From Setoptus koraiensis (Eukaryota; Animalia; Arthropoda), in NCBI GenBank assembly GCA_048013815.1, contig CM106585.1:17298001-17362000 (forward strand): a DNA stretch of 64,000 bases, read 5' to 3'. The notes under the pieces were generated by a model, which did no database searches, was not told the DNA's origin, and saw only the letters and a list, made by a program, of their open reading frames with translations. This document shows, one piece after another, positions 1-13,459 of this stretch (its first letter is position 1; each line of letters begins with the position of its first letter). Both the position numbers and the translations under genes were made by a program.

Positions 1-1
1 T

Positions 2-202
2 TTGAAAGCATCGGCTGTATTTCTAAAAGTACATACACTACAATCCCATTCACCGTCTGAGAATGAGCTTCTATTAACATGTCGGGCCCTCCTTGAAGAG
101 CTTGAGCTACAAGACGACTCACCAGGCTGCTCTTTGTCGTCGGCCATGCCTTTTAACAGTATATTGGTAATGAATCAGCAGTGGATTTGCCTGGTAAAAT
201 AA
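2..202 (+). CDS. 3' part of an unidentified gene entering from the left edge
   Basis: The frame is open from the window edge. A possible donor TTG|GTAATG (~167) and acceptor ttcag|ATC (~317) would extend it to ~500. No family recognised. Confidence 0.3.
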   Translation: MKASAVFLKVHTLQSHSPSENELLLTCRALLEELELQDDSPGCSLSSAMPFNSILVMNQQWICLVK

Positions 203-662
203 CTATAAGTGTAAATAAATAAATATATCTTTTGTGAAAAAATAAAAATACGATCCACTTGAACGCATGGTGTGTATTCGCTGAAATAATTACAAGGTGC
301 TAGAATGATTGTTCAGATCCCGTTACCGTGTAGCTTATTACAATCGCTAACATTGAGATTGTTTAAGGGAGCGAGCAGAATAAGGGAGAGCTTTAGAAGT
401 GTGTTGCTTAAACAAAGGCAAAAAAGGAGACAGCTCCTATCGCTGAACAAAAACCAACCAACTCCCTAGTTCAATCTTTGTGCGCTTGTGGGGATGAGGA
501 TTCTCTCCCATATGCATCCATCAATGGCCGCCAATTTCGAATCATATTCAATCGACTGTGACGGACATGACATATTAGATAAGAACATCCATCAAAAAGA
601 TTCAATAACACATATTGATGCTAGTTTATTAAACTATTGTATCAAAAATAATTATACAAGGT

Positions 663-1649
663 CTAGTTAAGGAGAAATGCTTGCGTCTTATCGACTGTAA
701 CTAACAAAGCGGCAGTGGCTGGAAAAGTTCTTATCAACGTAGGAGTAAGACCTCTGTAAAGGTAACCGAAACCTTCGTTTTTAACTATCTTCATTAACAT
801 TTGTCGAAGATTGAGGGAAGAGTTCTCAATCTGTATTCTAGTTTTGACTAGATCGAACGGGAAAATTGTTAACCAAAGGCAAACGCCGCCGATTCCACCA
901 GATAGAATAGAGACTAGAGAGTCATTGTGATGCTTTCTCAAGGGTGTGTGAGTATATAGTATATGCTTTGTTGCCTCGATTCCACCAAAAAATGCGAAAT
1001 AGCCGGGCATCTCACGTGCTATAGTCGATGTCAGTCCATTATAAAGTCCTGAAATACCTTGGGATTTGATAATATTCATTGTCAACTTAGAGGCAGATAT
1101 TGGCTTGGTATTCGTTTCATTTAAAGATTGCAGTTTGCACTTGATTAGTTCTGTTGGACACAAGGCAAAACTGGAGAAGAAAGCTGCAAACATTCCCGAT
1201 GAGGCTTTGTCCAAGACAGTCATGTCGTTACCATGACGCCCGGTTATTGACGAGACAATTTTTTGACAGTAACCATAAGCGCAAAATAACACTGCATTCT
1301 CAGCAACATTCGCAGCAAGTGACGGAGTTGTTCCTGCATACAATCCCTTAAATATGCCTTCATTTTTCAAAGTTTTCATGAAGCAATTAGCCATGTTTGG
1401 ATAGGAACTTGGGAAAGTTTGCATCTTAACTTTAACGGTGTCCAACGGCTGTCCAACTAGGACAGTAGCTGACCCACCTAGATTTGTTCACAAAAGAATG
1501 ATAATGAAAAGATGCTGGATATACGATTTTATTGGAATCATTGAATAGTTGATACGGCCTGCATGTGTCTTACCTAGCGACCCAGCTAGTAGGTCAACAA
1601 AACCAGTATAATACGGTCCGGATGTTTTTTCTGACGGTAAATTAGACAT
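663..1649 (-). CDS. SLC25A15: Mitochondrial ornithine/basic amino-acid carrier (SLC25 family)
   Basis: Exons 1649-1574 and 1477-663, with a 96-nt GT-AG intron. Splicing gives DLLAGSLGGSATVLVGQPLDTVKVKMQ. Three carrier signatures are present (PLDTVKVK, PTELIKCK, PFDLVKTR). Confidence 0.9.
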
Positions 1650-1927
1650 AATTATTGTCTGGATGGCATTCAACTGATTATAAACATCTTTAAGATCAAA
1701 AGATACTTTTTACTTACTAGTTTTCATCTTGAGTTGACATATGCGTAAAAATATTTTTTCCGGAAAATTATTTATTCGAATAGGGCGCCTTTACGCTCGA
1801 GATTGTTTGTTTTGTTTTGCAACTGTACTGATAGCAAGTATCTTGATAGAGCAGTCATCATGACTCCGAATTGAATCTCACAGTCACATTTTATTATCAT
1901 GTCAAACATCAAAAAAGCTAACACAAA

Positions 1928-2506
1928 ATGGAAAATTTAAATAAACGTCCCTCAAAGGGAATACTCAAATTGTCTACCAGTTTTGATGCTGAGCATGGCT
2001 CGAGACCTAGTAGAAGCAATTCAGTGGATAAGGATATTAAATGGGATGAGTCTAATATCAAGGATACTCTTCATCCAGAGGACAAGGACTATGGTAATAT
2101 GAAAATAGATGAACCTCCCACACCCTTCGAAAGAGGTAGCCCCCACACAGATGGTGCCAGCGAGGATGATGACGATGAACAGAACTATCACAATACTAAA
2201 GACTTGTTAGAGAAAGTTAAAAAGAAAATTAAAGAACCACCAGTCAATCTGGAAGACGTAGAAGATCTACTAGGTGAGGAATTATTACCAGAAGATGAAG
2301 GAGATACGTCTTGGCGAAAACCGCGTCTATCTGATAGTGACATATCCCAATCATCAACCTCTAAAGAAGGTAACGCTAGAAGTAATGAATTTGAGGCCAA
2401 AAGAAAGAAGCACTACAACGAATTCCATGCTGTCAAGCTTGCGCGGAAGTTGCTCGAGAAAGAAGAAGAGAACTTGGATAGTCTTGACGAACAAATGAAT
2501 GAGTAA
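1928..2506 (+). CDS. PPP1R2: Protein phosphatase 1 inhibitor-2
   Basis: KGILK (SILK-type), IKWDE (RVxF-like), KIDEPPTP and FEAKRKKHYNEF motifs in a single exon. Confidence 0.92.
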   Translation: MENLNKRPSKGILKLSTSFDAEHGSRPSRSNSVDKDIKWDESNIKDTLHPEDKDYGNMKIDEPPTPFERGSPHTDGASEDDDDEQNYHNTKDLLEKVKKKIKEPPVNLEDVEDLLGEELLPEDEGDTSWRKPRLSDSDISQSSTSKEGNARSNEFEAKRKKHYNEFHAVKLARKLLEKEEENLDSLDEQMNE

Positions 2507-2610
2507 TCTTCAATATCTAGCTTTCATTTATATATCATTAATATATTGCTCACTTATTACTCAAATATTCACATAAATAAATACATTGATTGAGTTGATA
2601 AATTATAAAT

Positions 2611-4214
2611 CTAATGAAACATCAACCTATCCTTCATAAATGTGTAAACTCTTTTTGAAAATATTATGCTCATCATGAGAAGATAGGTGAACATTATTAT
2701 CAAACTGTGAATTGTTGAAGCATTTCTTGTGTCAGTGCTCATAGTAACTAACCCTGTCAACACATTAGCCATGAGGAATAACGCCATAGGATTCCGACTG
2801 AATGAGGCGTAGATTGGTGATCCGAAATCCTCTACATTATAATATCTTCGTTGTAGAGAGGCGATTCCAGAATTTACTGTTACCTCGCAACCGAGTAGAT
2901 ATATGACCATAAGGGCTGACCAACATATGTATGCAGCATTAGCTACACGACGGCTGCTAGGTTGAACAAAGTTGTGCATTATAATCAATCCAATAATCGC
3001 TGGAGCTGCTAGTCTCAGGAGCGCTTTTAAAGTTTGTGTGATGCCATATCTCTTGTGAGTCTTTGATGCATCATCAATGATGACTTGAAGTCTAGTGTAA
3101 ACTAAATGAAATCCAGTCAATCCAATTATACTGAGGAACCCTTCTTTGTTTGCCATGAAGAAATTTTCTCGCGTCATGTTGTTTATTATATGCTCCATGC
3201 CGTAAAAGTTTAGGAATGCTTGATAAAAGATGATGACAGCAACACCAACATAATTCAGTTTGACTCTATTTCCTATTAAGCAATATATCAAACACGAAAA
3301 TAGCTACGAAAAAAAAAAGATTAGTATCGCTGATTGAAATGATAGGTGAGTTGTAGAATTATCGTGAGAGTTGCAACTCACCTTAACAAAAGCTAAAACA
3401 GCGAAAAAGTTCATGTGCGTCCCATATTCTTCGATGATTGCTCGGTAGCCAGAAAACTTGACAAATGCAAGTCTCAAAAATCCCAAAATTATAAGCGGTA
3501 TCGAAGATGATAAAGTGTGCTTGACTAAAGTTAGTTTTGTTTTAAGTGATCTATCAGCAGAACTTTCCAAAGCATGCCTGGATTCTGGTGACACTGCTCC
3601 CGAGAACGCGACAAATGCTCCAACACCTGAATCCATTATACTAAATCCATGTTGAAATGTCTTGGCACCTCTGCGGGGGAATACGGGAAAATCGACGGCC
3701 AGTATGCAGACAGTAACACTCAACATGAGAGTAGCCAATAGTGACGCTAAGAGACCCCTGGGCTCTAGAGCGTTTGAGACTTTTTTGTCTGCCACCAGCC
3801 TGAGGGCAGGTTCTCCAGATATGAGAAGTCTCAATAATAGAGTACAAGTAATCAAGGCCAAAATCAGCACAAGTAGATAAACATGATTTTGTAGTAAGGT
3901 GACACCCATGAGAAAGGGTGAATGTAGAATTAGAAATTCTAGAGCGGGTGGGGCACTGTTTGATGTCAGGCGATGCATATCAATAAATACGGAAAGAAGA
4001 GATGACCAGGAAGTGGTTTGTTAATTATTTATCTTATCAGTAGCTAGTATAATAGAGAAGATGAGCATAATTATTACCTGTTGAAGAAACGGAGCATGTA
4101 AACCTTTATGCAGCACCATAGGAGTCTTGAGATCGGCCATAAGGTGATCAATGCAAAAGGCTCTAAAAATGAGGATCCTTCCTCGTTGAAATAGAACGGG
4201 TCACGTTCGTCCAT
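2611..4214 (-). CDS. PIGW: GPI inositol acyltransferase PIG-W/GWT1
   Basis: Exons 4214-4078, 3955-3382 and 3303-2611 join in phase. Motifs include ILAVDFPVFPRRGAKT, SIMDSGVGAFV, EYGTHMNFF, EGFLSIIG, SRRVANAAY and SRNPMALFLMANVLTGLV. Confidence 0.9.
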
Positions 4215-5673
4215 GCTGGATTATATTCTGTGTCAGTTTATTAGTGTTTAGTATATGATATGTTTATGAATTAGTTATTTTGACTAACAAATCTGTGTCT
4301 ATCATAAGAATATTTGATCCACAGGATGTTAGTTGACTGGAGATTTTTCCAATGATTGGTGAGGAGCCTATAACTCACATGTTAGTGGCTTCGATTGGTT
4401 TTGTATATGGAGAGTGCCAGAATGAAATGTATCCGCTATGTAGTGCTCTGTGCAGCACGCAAAGCACAGAAAATGATGGTTGATCTCTGTGTGCTGCTTG
4501 CACTAGGTGTAGAGATTGTGCAGTGGAGGTCTTGTAATGAATGACGACATGTTTAGAGCGTGGGATGCCTCTACCAAACCAAGCGTTAGATGTTGACCCT
4601 ATGACGATTGGATCACAGCTCTCTCATTTAATCTAATGAGCTTACAATAAATACTAAAAAGATGATGTAATATAAATGTGAGCTCGCTCATTAGTCCCCC
4701 AAATAGCAATGGATCCCAAGCGAGCGCTAGACCTCAGAAAACATTTACGCGTACAAAGTAGAGAGTAAGACACGAAGTGAGATCCACCCGTGAATATCCC
4801 GCAATAGTTCGATAACCGAATGGTAAGCTTTCGTATGGCTGTTCTGCATTGCTTTTGAGGGGTCGACCTCTGGTGCAAGAACACCACATGCATGTAGGTT
4901 ACCTCTGTTGGGTTCTGATGCACCAGATGCCACACTCCAGTAGAACCGTTGATTATTTTTCAGTACAAATTGCGCGCTTTTGCACGATCTGTGCCGGCGT
5001 AGCATTGGCTGTTCGCTAACAAATGAAGCTCTACGGTGCAAATAGCATAATCAGTGTACTGTTATAATTTTCATTCGGACAAGCCAATAAACAATTCACA
5101 CTTGTTTGTGTACCCTGTCTCATTTATACACCGCGCGTATAAGTATCTGCGGCTAACAAGTTGTCAGTATCCTGAACGTAGTTAACTAACAAGCCGTTGT
5201 GAACCTTGTTCGATGTCGCTCCCCAAATGACGACTTTGGGCGTTGCTAATGAACTTTAGAGTTGCATTTGCGAAACCTGCTGGAAAAACCATCTTGACGA
5301 CAAGCTTCGTGCGCCCAGCTCAATAGAACCTTACCGTCACTTGTGTGCGTTCTTATCCACTTTCATACACGCGATAATGTTACGTCACAAGGAAAAAGGA
5401 ACAACATCAATTCCTTATACGTAAACTGTGAACTTTCTGTTAGAGACACTGGTTTATGCTCATCGGTGCTCTAGGCGTCACCGCCAAATAATCCAAGCGG
5501 CAAAACATCGAACTACAGTACTCGCGTTTGCAAAAACAACACACGAACCAATTATAGACAACCGTACCGTGCGGTTCACATGCACCCTCTGCATACTGTC
5601 ATATGTTTACAATAAACATTTTAACACAGCCTGTCTACTTGCTAACTAACAAGTGGAATTTTGATTGAAAAAA

Positions 5674-6021
5674 ATGGTCCCATCAACACGAGCATCACTT
5701 ATGGCTGCATCGAGGAATCCATCCTCGGCAGATCAAACAACACCGGAGACGGACAAATTAACATCAGATGCTCTGTGGACACTAGTCAAATTTACCATAC
5801 TTATGGCTACACTGCCCATGCTGTCATACTATTTAGTTAAACGAGCCTTCGATGATAATATTACTTTGGGGGCTCTGGCAGCCCTTGTCACAGTTCAAAT
5901 CATTGTGGCTGCTTACATTTACGTCGCTTTCAAAGATTCCAAACCGGATCCACAGCCGAAGGGGCAACACAGAGAGATAAATTCCACAGAATCCCTGCAA
6001 AAAGTGAAAAAGACCCAGTAG
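5674..6021 (+). CDS. VMA21: V-ATPase assembly factor VMA21
   Basis: Two TM segments (FTILMATLPMLSYY; ALAALVTVQIIVAAYIYVAF) and a C-terminal KKxx ER-retrieval signal (KKTQ). Confidence 0.85.
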   Translation: MVPSTRASLMAASRNPSSADQTTPETDKLTSDALWTLVKFTILMATLPMLSYYLVKRAFDDNITLGALAALVTVQIIVAAYIYVAFKDSKPDPQPKGQHREINSTESLQKVKKTQ

Positions 6022-6146
6022 GACAGTGTTCATGGTACAAAAATCAAGATTTGATACATATTTATTCTATTTTCGATTTTCTACAGTCAATCACCTTTGG
6101 ATATTAAAGTATGATCTCGAAGACTGGCAAAATAGTCTCCTCTCGA

Positions 6147-7105
6147 TTATATCCTGCCGAGATCCTTGAGTTTTGAAATAAGCTCATCAACGTCTTTGAC
6201 CCTCGTTCCGCCCTCTCGTTGTGGAGGGTCTTCCACTTTCGGTTGCTCAGCCTTACCGATTTCAATGCCGAAATCACTTGGTTTCTTCTCAACGATAACC
6301 TTTTTCTTGGCTTTCTGTAATTAGAGAGAAAATGAGAAGTAAGGCTTAACATTATATGATGATAGAAACGAATGTGTGTGGCACTAAATTTAAAAGTTAT
6401 GAACCATTTTGCTTACCATGATGTTTGGCAAAGTTGCGTAACGAGGCTCGTTAAGACGAAGATCGCAACTTATCACAGCCGGAAGTTTAAGCTTCAGTGT
6501 CTCTAGACCTCCATCGATCTCTCTGGTGACATGCAAGAAATCGTCCTTGGCCTCTATTTTTGACGCGAAAGATGCCTGTGACCAATCTAACAGTGAGGCC
6601 AACATTTGAGCCACCTGAGCACTGTCGTCGTCTATTGCTTGTTTACCAAGAAGGACGAGGTCAATTTTGTCGTCTTTTACAATTTGAGCTAACATTTTGG
6701 CAATATTTAATGGTTTCATATTAGCCGCAGTTTCACTATCAACATCAACAAGTATGGCCTGGTCGGCACCCATGGCCAGAGCAGTGCGCAGCACTTCTTT
6801 AGAAGCTGATGTGCCACAGCTGAATGCAGTTATTTGGGAGGCCAACTTCTTCTCTTTTAGCCTAACGGCTTCCTCTACGGCTATCTCATCAAAGGGGTTC
6901 ATGGAATGTTTTACACCCTCTGTAAGCACACCCAATTTATCGGGCCTAACGCGTACCTAGTTATCAATTGTGATACAATTATTATTATTGATAGGATGGC
7001 TTTGAGAGCGATCGATTGATGAAGGAGAGACTCATTGGCGTTCATACTAACCTTAACGGCATAGTCGATTACCCTCTTACACCCAACTAATACTCTTAGA
7101 GCCAT
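6147..7105 (-). CDS. ETFB: Electron transfer flavoprotein beta subunit
   Basis: Exons 7105-7052, 6956-6417 and 6314-6147. Motifs [58 protein letters not shown] and a C-terminal LKDLGRI. Confidence 0.96.
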
Positions 7106-8382
7106 AATATGTAAGCGTTGGAGTCGAAGAGTTTAGTTACTTATTGGGTTATTCGATTGTTTGTTTGTTTGTTTATACTGTCGTTTAGGAGGCGATCCTT
7201 TACTAATCATATGATGGAGGCACTTTAGTGATCGCACGCACACACAAAAATAGATTGTATTCTCGCACAATTTTAGTTTATACACACATGGTTGCACAGA
7301 AAACGACGAATTTATACAAGCAAAGGCATAGATATACTACAGTTTGTTGCGAGAAATCTGCACTCGAGGTCGCCCAAATTGAATCAAATATGCTCGAATT
7401 GTAAGCTGTGCGACTCAAATTTTCTTTTCTTCGAATCTAGTTACATTTGGAGCTCAAGTCCCTAGCAACTGTGCAATTGCTTTCCACTGTCCAGACTTTG
7501 ACGATAGGAAAATCTGCCCCAGCAATGTATTATATGGCCATGATGCAGCGTTTCATTGAATGTTTCTGTCTTTTTTTGATCAGTTTCCATCGCGGCCGAA
7601 CGTTGCTCTCGACTGGAGCGACCACTTCCTTTCGCTGATAAGTTTACCTGTAGATACATTCATTTTATCGACGTTCCTCACTCTGCTTGAAGAAAGCATG
7701 TTAGCGCCGCCCTAGTGGAGTTTCTCATAAACTAGACTGTTGGAGAAAACGCACACTGCAAGCTAAGGCCAAAGCTCTACTTCGTTGTAAGGTGGTGTAG
7801 TCCGACCGCTTGATATGCGTGTGTGCTATTATTCGCAACAACATCTGACTAGCATTCGTTATTTTATCTTGATTTTTATTATCATCATCACTTCTGTTAT
7901 CATTTACGCTCATCATCCTACTATTATTATCCCACTCAAATATCGCTATCGTAATGATTCTTCCAATCTTATCGATTCGATAACATTATTATTTCACTCA
8001 TTCAACTTGGAAACTATTGTATTTAAAGCAATTGTGTTAAATGAGACGATTAATATTATTACAAACAATCAGCATTACTACAAAGCACAAAATCTCTGGA
8101 GGAAAAGATAGATAGTTTCCGAGAATAATTTTTCGCTTATTATTACTATAGTAATTACAGGCTGATTTACAGATAGATCTAGATGCATTTATGCAAACTT
8201 TCGAAAAAATTACATCTAGCAGCAACACACTTAAGGATAATAGAGGACCATCACAATAATATTTCATTTGGAAGATATTTCCACAAAAACAAGCACGAAC
8301 CACGAAATTATTACTATCAATACCACTATATATAGAAATAATATATATACAGCATTTTCTCATGAGTGATTGATTTCAATCA

Positions 8383-9462
8383 ATGTTTCTTGTACAAATG
8401 TCCACTAAATTCGCAACCCCAGCTATTACCAATAGCAGAACGTTTACATCAGAGCCACCCTCCAAGAAAAAGTTGCTTCGGAACGCCAACCCCATCGCTG
8501 CCCATACAGCAACTAATGGATCTGCCTCATTGAATAAGAGTAACAGCACCAATAATAATAACACTAACAAGAATATTAATAATAATATTCACAATGGCAG
8601 CGACAACCATAACGCTACTAGTAAAGCTCAACGCCCTTCTAGTCTGGTTACGAAGAAGGCCCAAATCAATAAACAACAATTAGTGAACAATAAGCAACAA
8701 ACGGTAGATAAGCAGCAACTGGTCAATAAACAACAACTGGTCACTAAGCATCAACTGGTCAATAAACAGCAGAATCTGCAGCAACAACAACACAATAACC
8801 ATCATAACAGTCACCTGCAAAACCATCTGCACCAGACCAACAACCACCACCACCAATCACATAACAACAACCACCACCAACATAACAACAACCACCATCA
8901 ATCACAGAACAACAACCACCACCAACAACAGACCAATAATCAGCAACAACAGCAGGCTAAAAATCATCAACAACAGCAACAAAACAATCAACAGAAACAA
9001 CACCAGCATCATAAACAGAAACAGCAACAGCAACCCCCAAACCAGCCCAAGATACACCATCAGTATAGCCTCAATAGTAAAACCAGCCACAATAACAAGT
9101 TTGATAATGGTCATGTGAGGAGGTCCTTGTCACATGCTCACAACGATTCAGATATTAGCTTAGTAAAACTGACTCCAGTTAAAACTCTACCATTGTCTCT
9201 ACCTGTCAAAACATCCAGTCCATTGAAAACGCCAAATTCGGTTAGTAAGGCTCATCAAAATTTATCATTTTCAGACAAGATTCCAGCCTCAGTCAACAAA
9301 TCACAAATTACTTCTTCGCCAGCCAACAATACAAACAGTACCATAAATAATACTTCGATCAACAACAACAGCAAGAATGAAGCATATTATGCTGGAGCCA
9401 AATTCAATTGTCCACCTCCACCCTCCCTGTTACCACTACCGCCAGCACACTGGACCAATTGA
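8383..9462 (+). CDS. PNRC2: PNRC-family (proline-rich nuclear receptor coactivator / decapping adaptor) protein with N/Q/H-rich low-complexity region
   Basis: C-terminal YAGAKFNCPPPPSLLPLPPAHW matches the PNRC signature. The rest is low-complexity. Confidence 0.75.
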   Translation: MFLVQMSTKFATPAITNSRTFTSEPPSKKKLLRNANPIAAHTATNGSASLNKSNSTNNNNTNKNINNNIHNGSDNHNATSKAQRPSSLVTKKAQINKQQLVNNKQQTVDKQQLVNKQQLVTKHQLVNKQQNLQQQQHNNHHNSHLQNHLHQTNNHHHQSHNNNHHQHNNNHHQSQNNNHHQQQTNNQQQQQAKNHQQQQQNNQQKQHQHHKQKQQQQPPNQPKIHHQYSLNSKTSHNNKFDNGHVRRSLSHAHNDSDISLVKLTPVKTLPLSLPVKTSSPLKTPNSVSKAHQNLSFSDKIPASVNKSQITSSPANNTNSTINNTSINNNSKNEAYYAGAKFNCPPPPSLLPLPPAHWTN

Positions 9463-10069
9463 TGAATTTTGAACCCTCAGAAATTACACTTTCTATCTTG
9501 CTTATAAAAAACTTAATTTCAAAGCATGCTTGACCATATTATGATAATCTAAATTGTAGCTTGCCATCACAAAATCGCTCACTAACATCAAGAGTGGAAG
9601 TTCTCCGTAGTGATAGCTTATTCTGAATAAGAATTTAACACGCCGATAAAAACTATATCTCTAAGTACCACCTTCACCGTATCAAAGTAAAAGTATTATA
9701 TAATCAAAACAATCGCACTACACTATATTAAAAATGACAAAAATTCAATGCAAGCAAATGGAATTTCCAAGACATTTGATCCCTCAATATTGTATCAAAC
9801 AAATCAAAGTAGAGGCAGTGATGAAGTAGACGGACCGGCCAACATCTTTGAACTATTTCCCAGGAATCCTTCATGATTAGAACATAAGTGTGTCTAATCG
9901 CGATGAAGCAGATTCATGGGAATTCAGTATTAAAAAATAAGAAAAAAATGCATCTACTCTCCAAAGCAAGGAAACAGATGAGCAAGTATACAACTCGGAG
10001 TATTTGTCTCGGTCTAACTCCGAAGTTGTCAAGTATATAGACACAAACGATAGTTTTATAACACAAGCT

Positions 10070-11210
10070 ATCTGTATATTGAATAGATTGGATAAACTTG
10101 AAGATTTGATCAACATTTGGCCTGCGATGCTTCAAGGACATTCGATCAATTGAAAGATTCTTATCAATCAACACAATGCCATTTACTATGAGTGCCAAAG
10201 ATTTGGATTGGCTAGGATTAGGCACGAATACAAATTTCTTGAGTTTATCACTCATAATGTTGAACGAGTCAACAGGTCAAAGATAAAGTTAATAAGTGAT
10301 TTTGATAGTGTTAAAGTAGTCAAACCGAAGGATTAATCTATTGATGCTATGGAAACTAAACAACGTAGAGACTGTTTGCTACCGCAAGGACAGAAATATT
10401 CTCCTGCATGGTGATTCTCATGATTGATTTACAAAGCTTCATTATGTCTTGGAAGATGAGACAATTACTCTATTGCGTACCATTAATGATATAATAATTT
10501 TGACCGAGATTTGTTTACTCCAATCCATACTAACGGAAATTCAGCTTGTTCCCAATTAAGCTCGATTGTCCTAATCCTTCATCACACGGAGTTGCATTCA
10601 TCGTAGTATAATAAGAATCTGATTACTTCTAACTTTAAGGCCATAAACACGCGAGATCATCTCATTTTGGATTTTGCATCCAATTATCAAATGCAACAAC
10701 GGACGGTATGTGCGCAATATCTGTTGGAACTCCCGATTACATTAGCACTCACTTGATCAAAACTATAGAAGAAGTTGGGGACTCCAGTTTGCTTTACGAT
10801 GACAATGTCGATTGGTAGTCATTACGCATTGTGATATTCCAATTTCATCATTTGGAGAAGCCCCTTTTTATTCTGAATCCCAAATGAAAGCTTTCACCTA
10901 TAACCAACCATGATATTTGATCCTGATTTTTCGACGAGCCTAATATGAGCACCGAGCTCTACGATCTCATGTCTCATCTAATTTGCCACAAAAGAGATTG
11001 AGTTAGTATTCTAGGTCATAAAAAGGTTTGAAACTATAAAATGAGATAACTTAAGATATACTGAATTTCAATATGTGCTAGAACATCCAACTTTAGTTTC
11101 AATGATCTACTTCCCTTAATCACATATTATTATGGAAGAAGGTGCAAAATTTCTATGCCAAAATTAATTTAATGCTCAATCTGCATCTTTTGTTCGTTGG
11201 TTTCCTTGCG
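10070..11210 (+). pseudogene. Decayed MRCK/genghis-khan (DMPK/ROCK/Citron family) AGC kinase
   Basis: Collinear, frameshifted remnants: RLDKLEDLI..IYYEC (N-terminal dimerisation region), VKVVKPKD*SIDAM, ETVCYRKDRNILLHGDSHD*FTKLHY, IHRS, LDFAS, SVGTPDYIS (10723-10740), VDW*SL, FGEAPFYSES, DLMSHLICHK and HLLFVGF (11184-11204). Multiple stops and frameshifts. Confidence 0.78.
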
Positions 11211-13459
11211 AATTTTTCTGCGATCAAAAATGATAGATGCGATCAGAATAGCTTTAGTGAAACTTTTAAGGCAAACCTAGTCAAGAAGAACTAATCGATA
11301 GTTGGACAGTAACCGACAGTTTATCTGAGCAAAATACATACCGAGACACACAAAAGACAATTCTACTACGACTGATCTAGAAAATCCCATGACTGGCAAT
11401 CAATTCTTTTGCCATTGTAATAACCTCCTACGAAGATCGTCGTCTGTTCTCACAAATGAGTAATCATCAAGACCTATTGCTGATTTCCATCTTCATCATG
11501 TTACTACATCAGATTCCCAAATCCTAATATCAGAGCCATCTGATTTAAACACATATCTCACGGAAGACCGCACGATAACCCCTAGTCTGATTGATTTGAT
11601 TGACAAAAAAAGGTCCAGTTTAAGTCTATGGAAAAACAAATAATAGCAACAACAGTGACATCACTAATGGGCTACCTCCACTACATCATCCCTATAACAT
11701 TTCCGAAGATCCCTCTCAGCTATTCACCTTCGTACAAGTTTTGAGTTGATTCAAAATGACCTAATTTCGAACAACTATGCATACGTAAAGATTTTATGCA
11801 ACTTATTCGAAATTCAATCAAGAAAAAACTGATTTCAAGAACTACACCTCGCGTAGACGGACTTTGAATAAACTTAATACAAGAAACAGCAACTTCGTTT
11901 GACTACCTGTTCTAAGCATCTTTGACTTAATTATTTCGATGTGGTAGCTAGTGATTTGGATGTAGTGGGTCATTAATGTTTTGTTTTTCAATTGTTTTGC
12001 TCGATAATACCTACGCAGTTGAGAGATTTCAAGATCTATTCCACACTGAAACGTTCTAGAAAGTTTACTGATTTGCCCCCTTAGATACACACAGTTGTTA
12101 TAAAAGTTTTTATTGTTTCACCCTATCTTTCAATAGAGTAAAACAACCGTTGATCTACCATTGCAACATTATGGTACCTATATCCAACATAGACGGGCAC
12201 CGCCCTAAATGAGATATTATTCCTGATAGATTCCAGCTAACTGTGATGTGGAGAGCACTATACCAAAGATACAAGATACATTGCAAATAGATAATAATGG
12301 TGAAATATATTCTGCTGTGACTAATTCTGTATCATCAATATCTTCAGTGCCGATGTTAGGCTAATCTTCCAAGAGATCTTATCATTTGATCAAAACTAGC
12401 GTATGGCCTCTATTTATTGGAAATTGTATCATAACATCAGCTATAATGTGATAAAGTTAGGGAATATTTTAGCGGTTATGATCATTATCTCAACTAATCA
12501 ATCAATACATGTCCAACTACCAGACATGTGAGCATTTAGATATAAAAACAAATGTTTCCCTCGTCGAGATTCATTTGTAACCGATTCTGGCGTGCATGCA
12601 AGCTGTTGAAGTGACTGATAAACTTTAATTGTTGAACACAGTTAGTAGTTTGAATATTAATATTATATTTTTGTCTATGAAAATAGGCACAGTACATATA
12701 ATACGATTAGTGAAGGATTAATAATCACACAAGCCATTATCAATATTAGTCACTCAAAAGTATATAACTATAGTAACTATTTCAATTTTATGATTATAAT
12801 AACCTTATTATTGTCACCTGTACCTAACTTAAAATATTATAAGTGCCGTCCGTTGATTATTCATTGAATGATATAATTAAATCAACATGATGACTAAACA
12901 TAAAAGTATTTATGGACCATTAAAGTTGAGTCCTCGAGCACGTTCAATAAGGAAAGTTTACTATGTGCCAGATACAACTATTTGTAACTTTACTCGTCAA
13001 TTCAATAGTTGTTCATGATATACATATAAAGTGGACATCGATTAAATTGTTGTGAGGAATGCGTAATATTGTTCGCATATTTTTATAACTATCATCGATA
13101 TTGGCGACCTAAGATAAACCAGCAACGATTGAGTGTACGATACGACAATACAAACAATAGTTGCTAATAAAACAAACATTTCATCTTTCAAACTAGTTAC
13201 ATATAGATAGATTATTATTATTACTATTACGACAATATAAAAACAAATTGCAGCAATAACAACGATTCTGATAGATTATTGTGTGCCAATCCTACAACCA
13301 GAAGCCTATGTAACCATACATCAGAGGCTCTCTTCGAACAAGGACAGAATAGGATGCTCATTTAGCAATTAATTGATATCAATTGAAGATAATTATCGCA
13401 TAAGTATAACGAATAAAAAATATTTTAATTATTGGTCGACGAAAACAACATCAACAACA

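Noticed and set aside
9940-11210. Alternative genetic code (TGA=Trp) insert
   Set aside because: TAA/TAG stops and frameshifts also occur, so this is ordinary decay.
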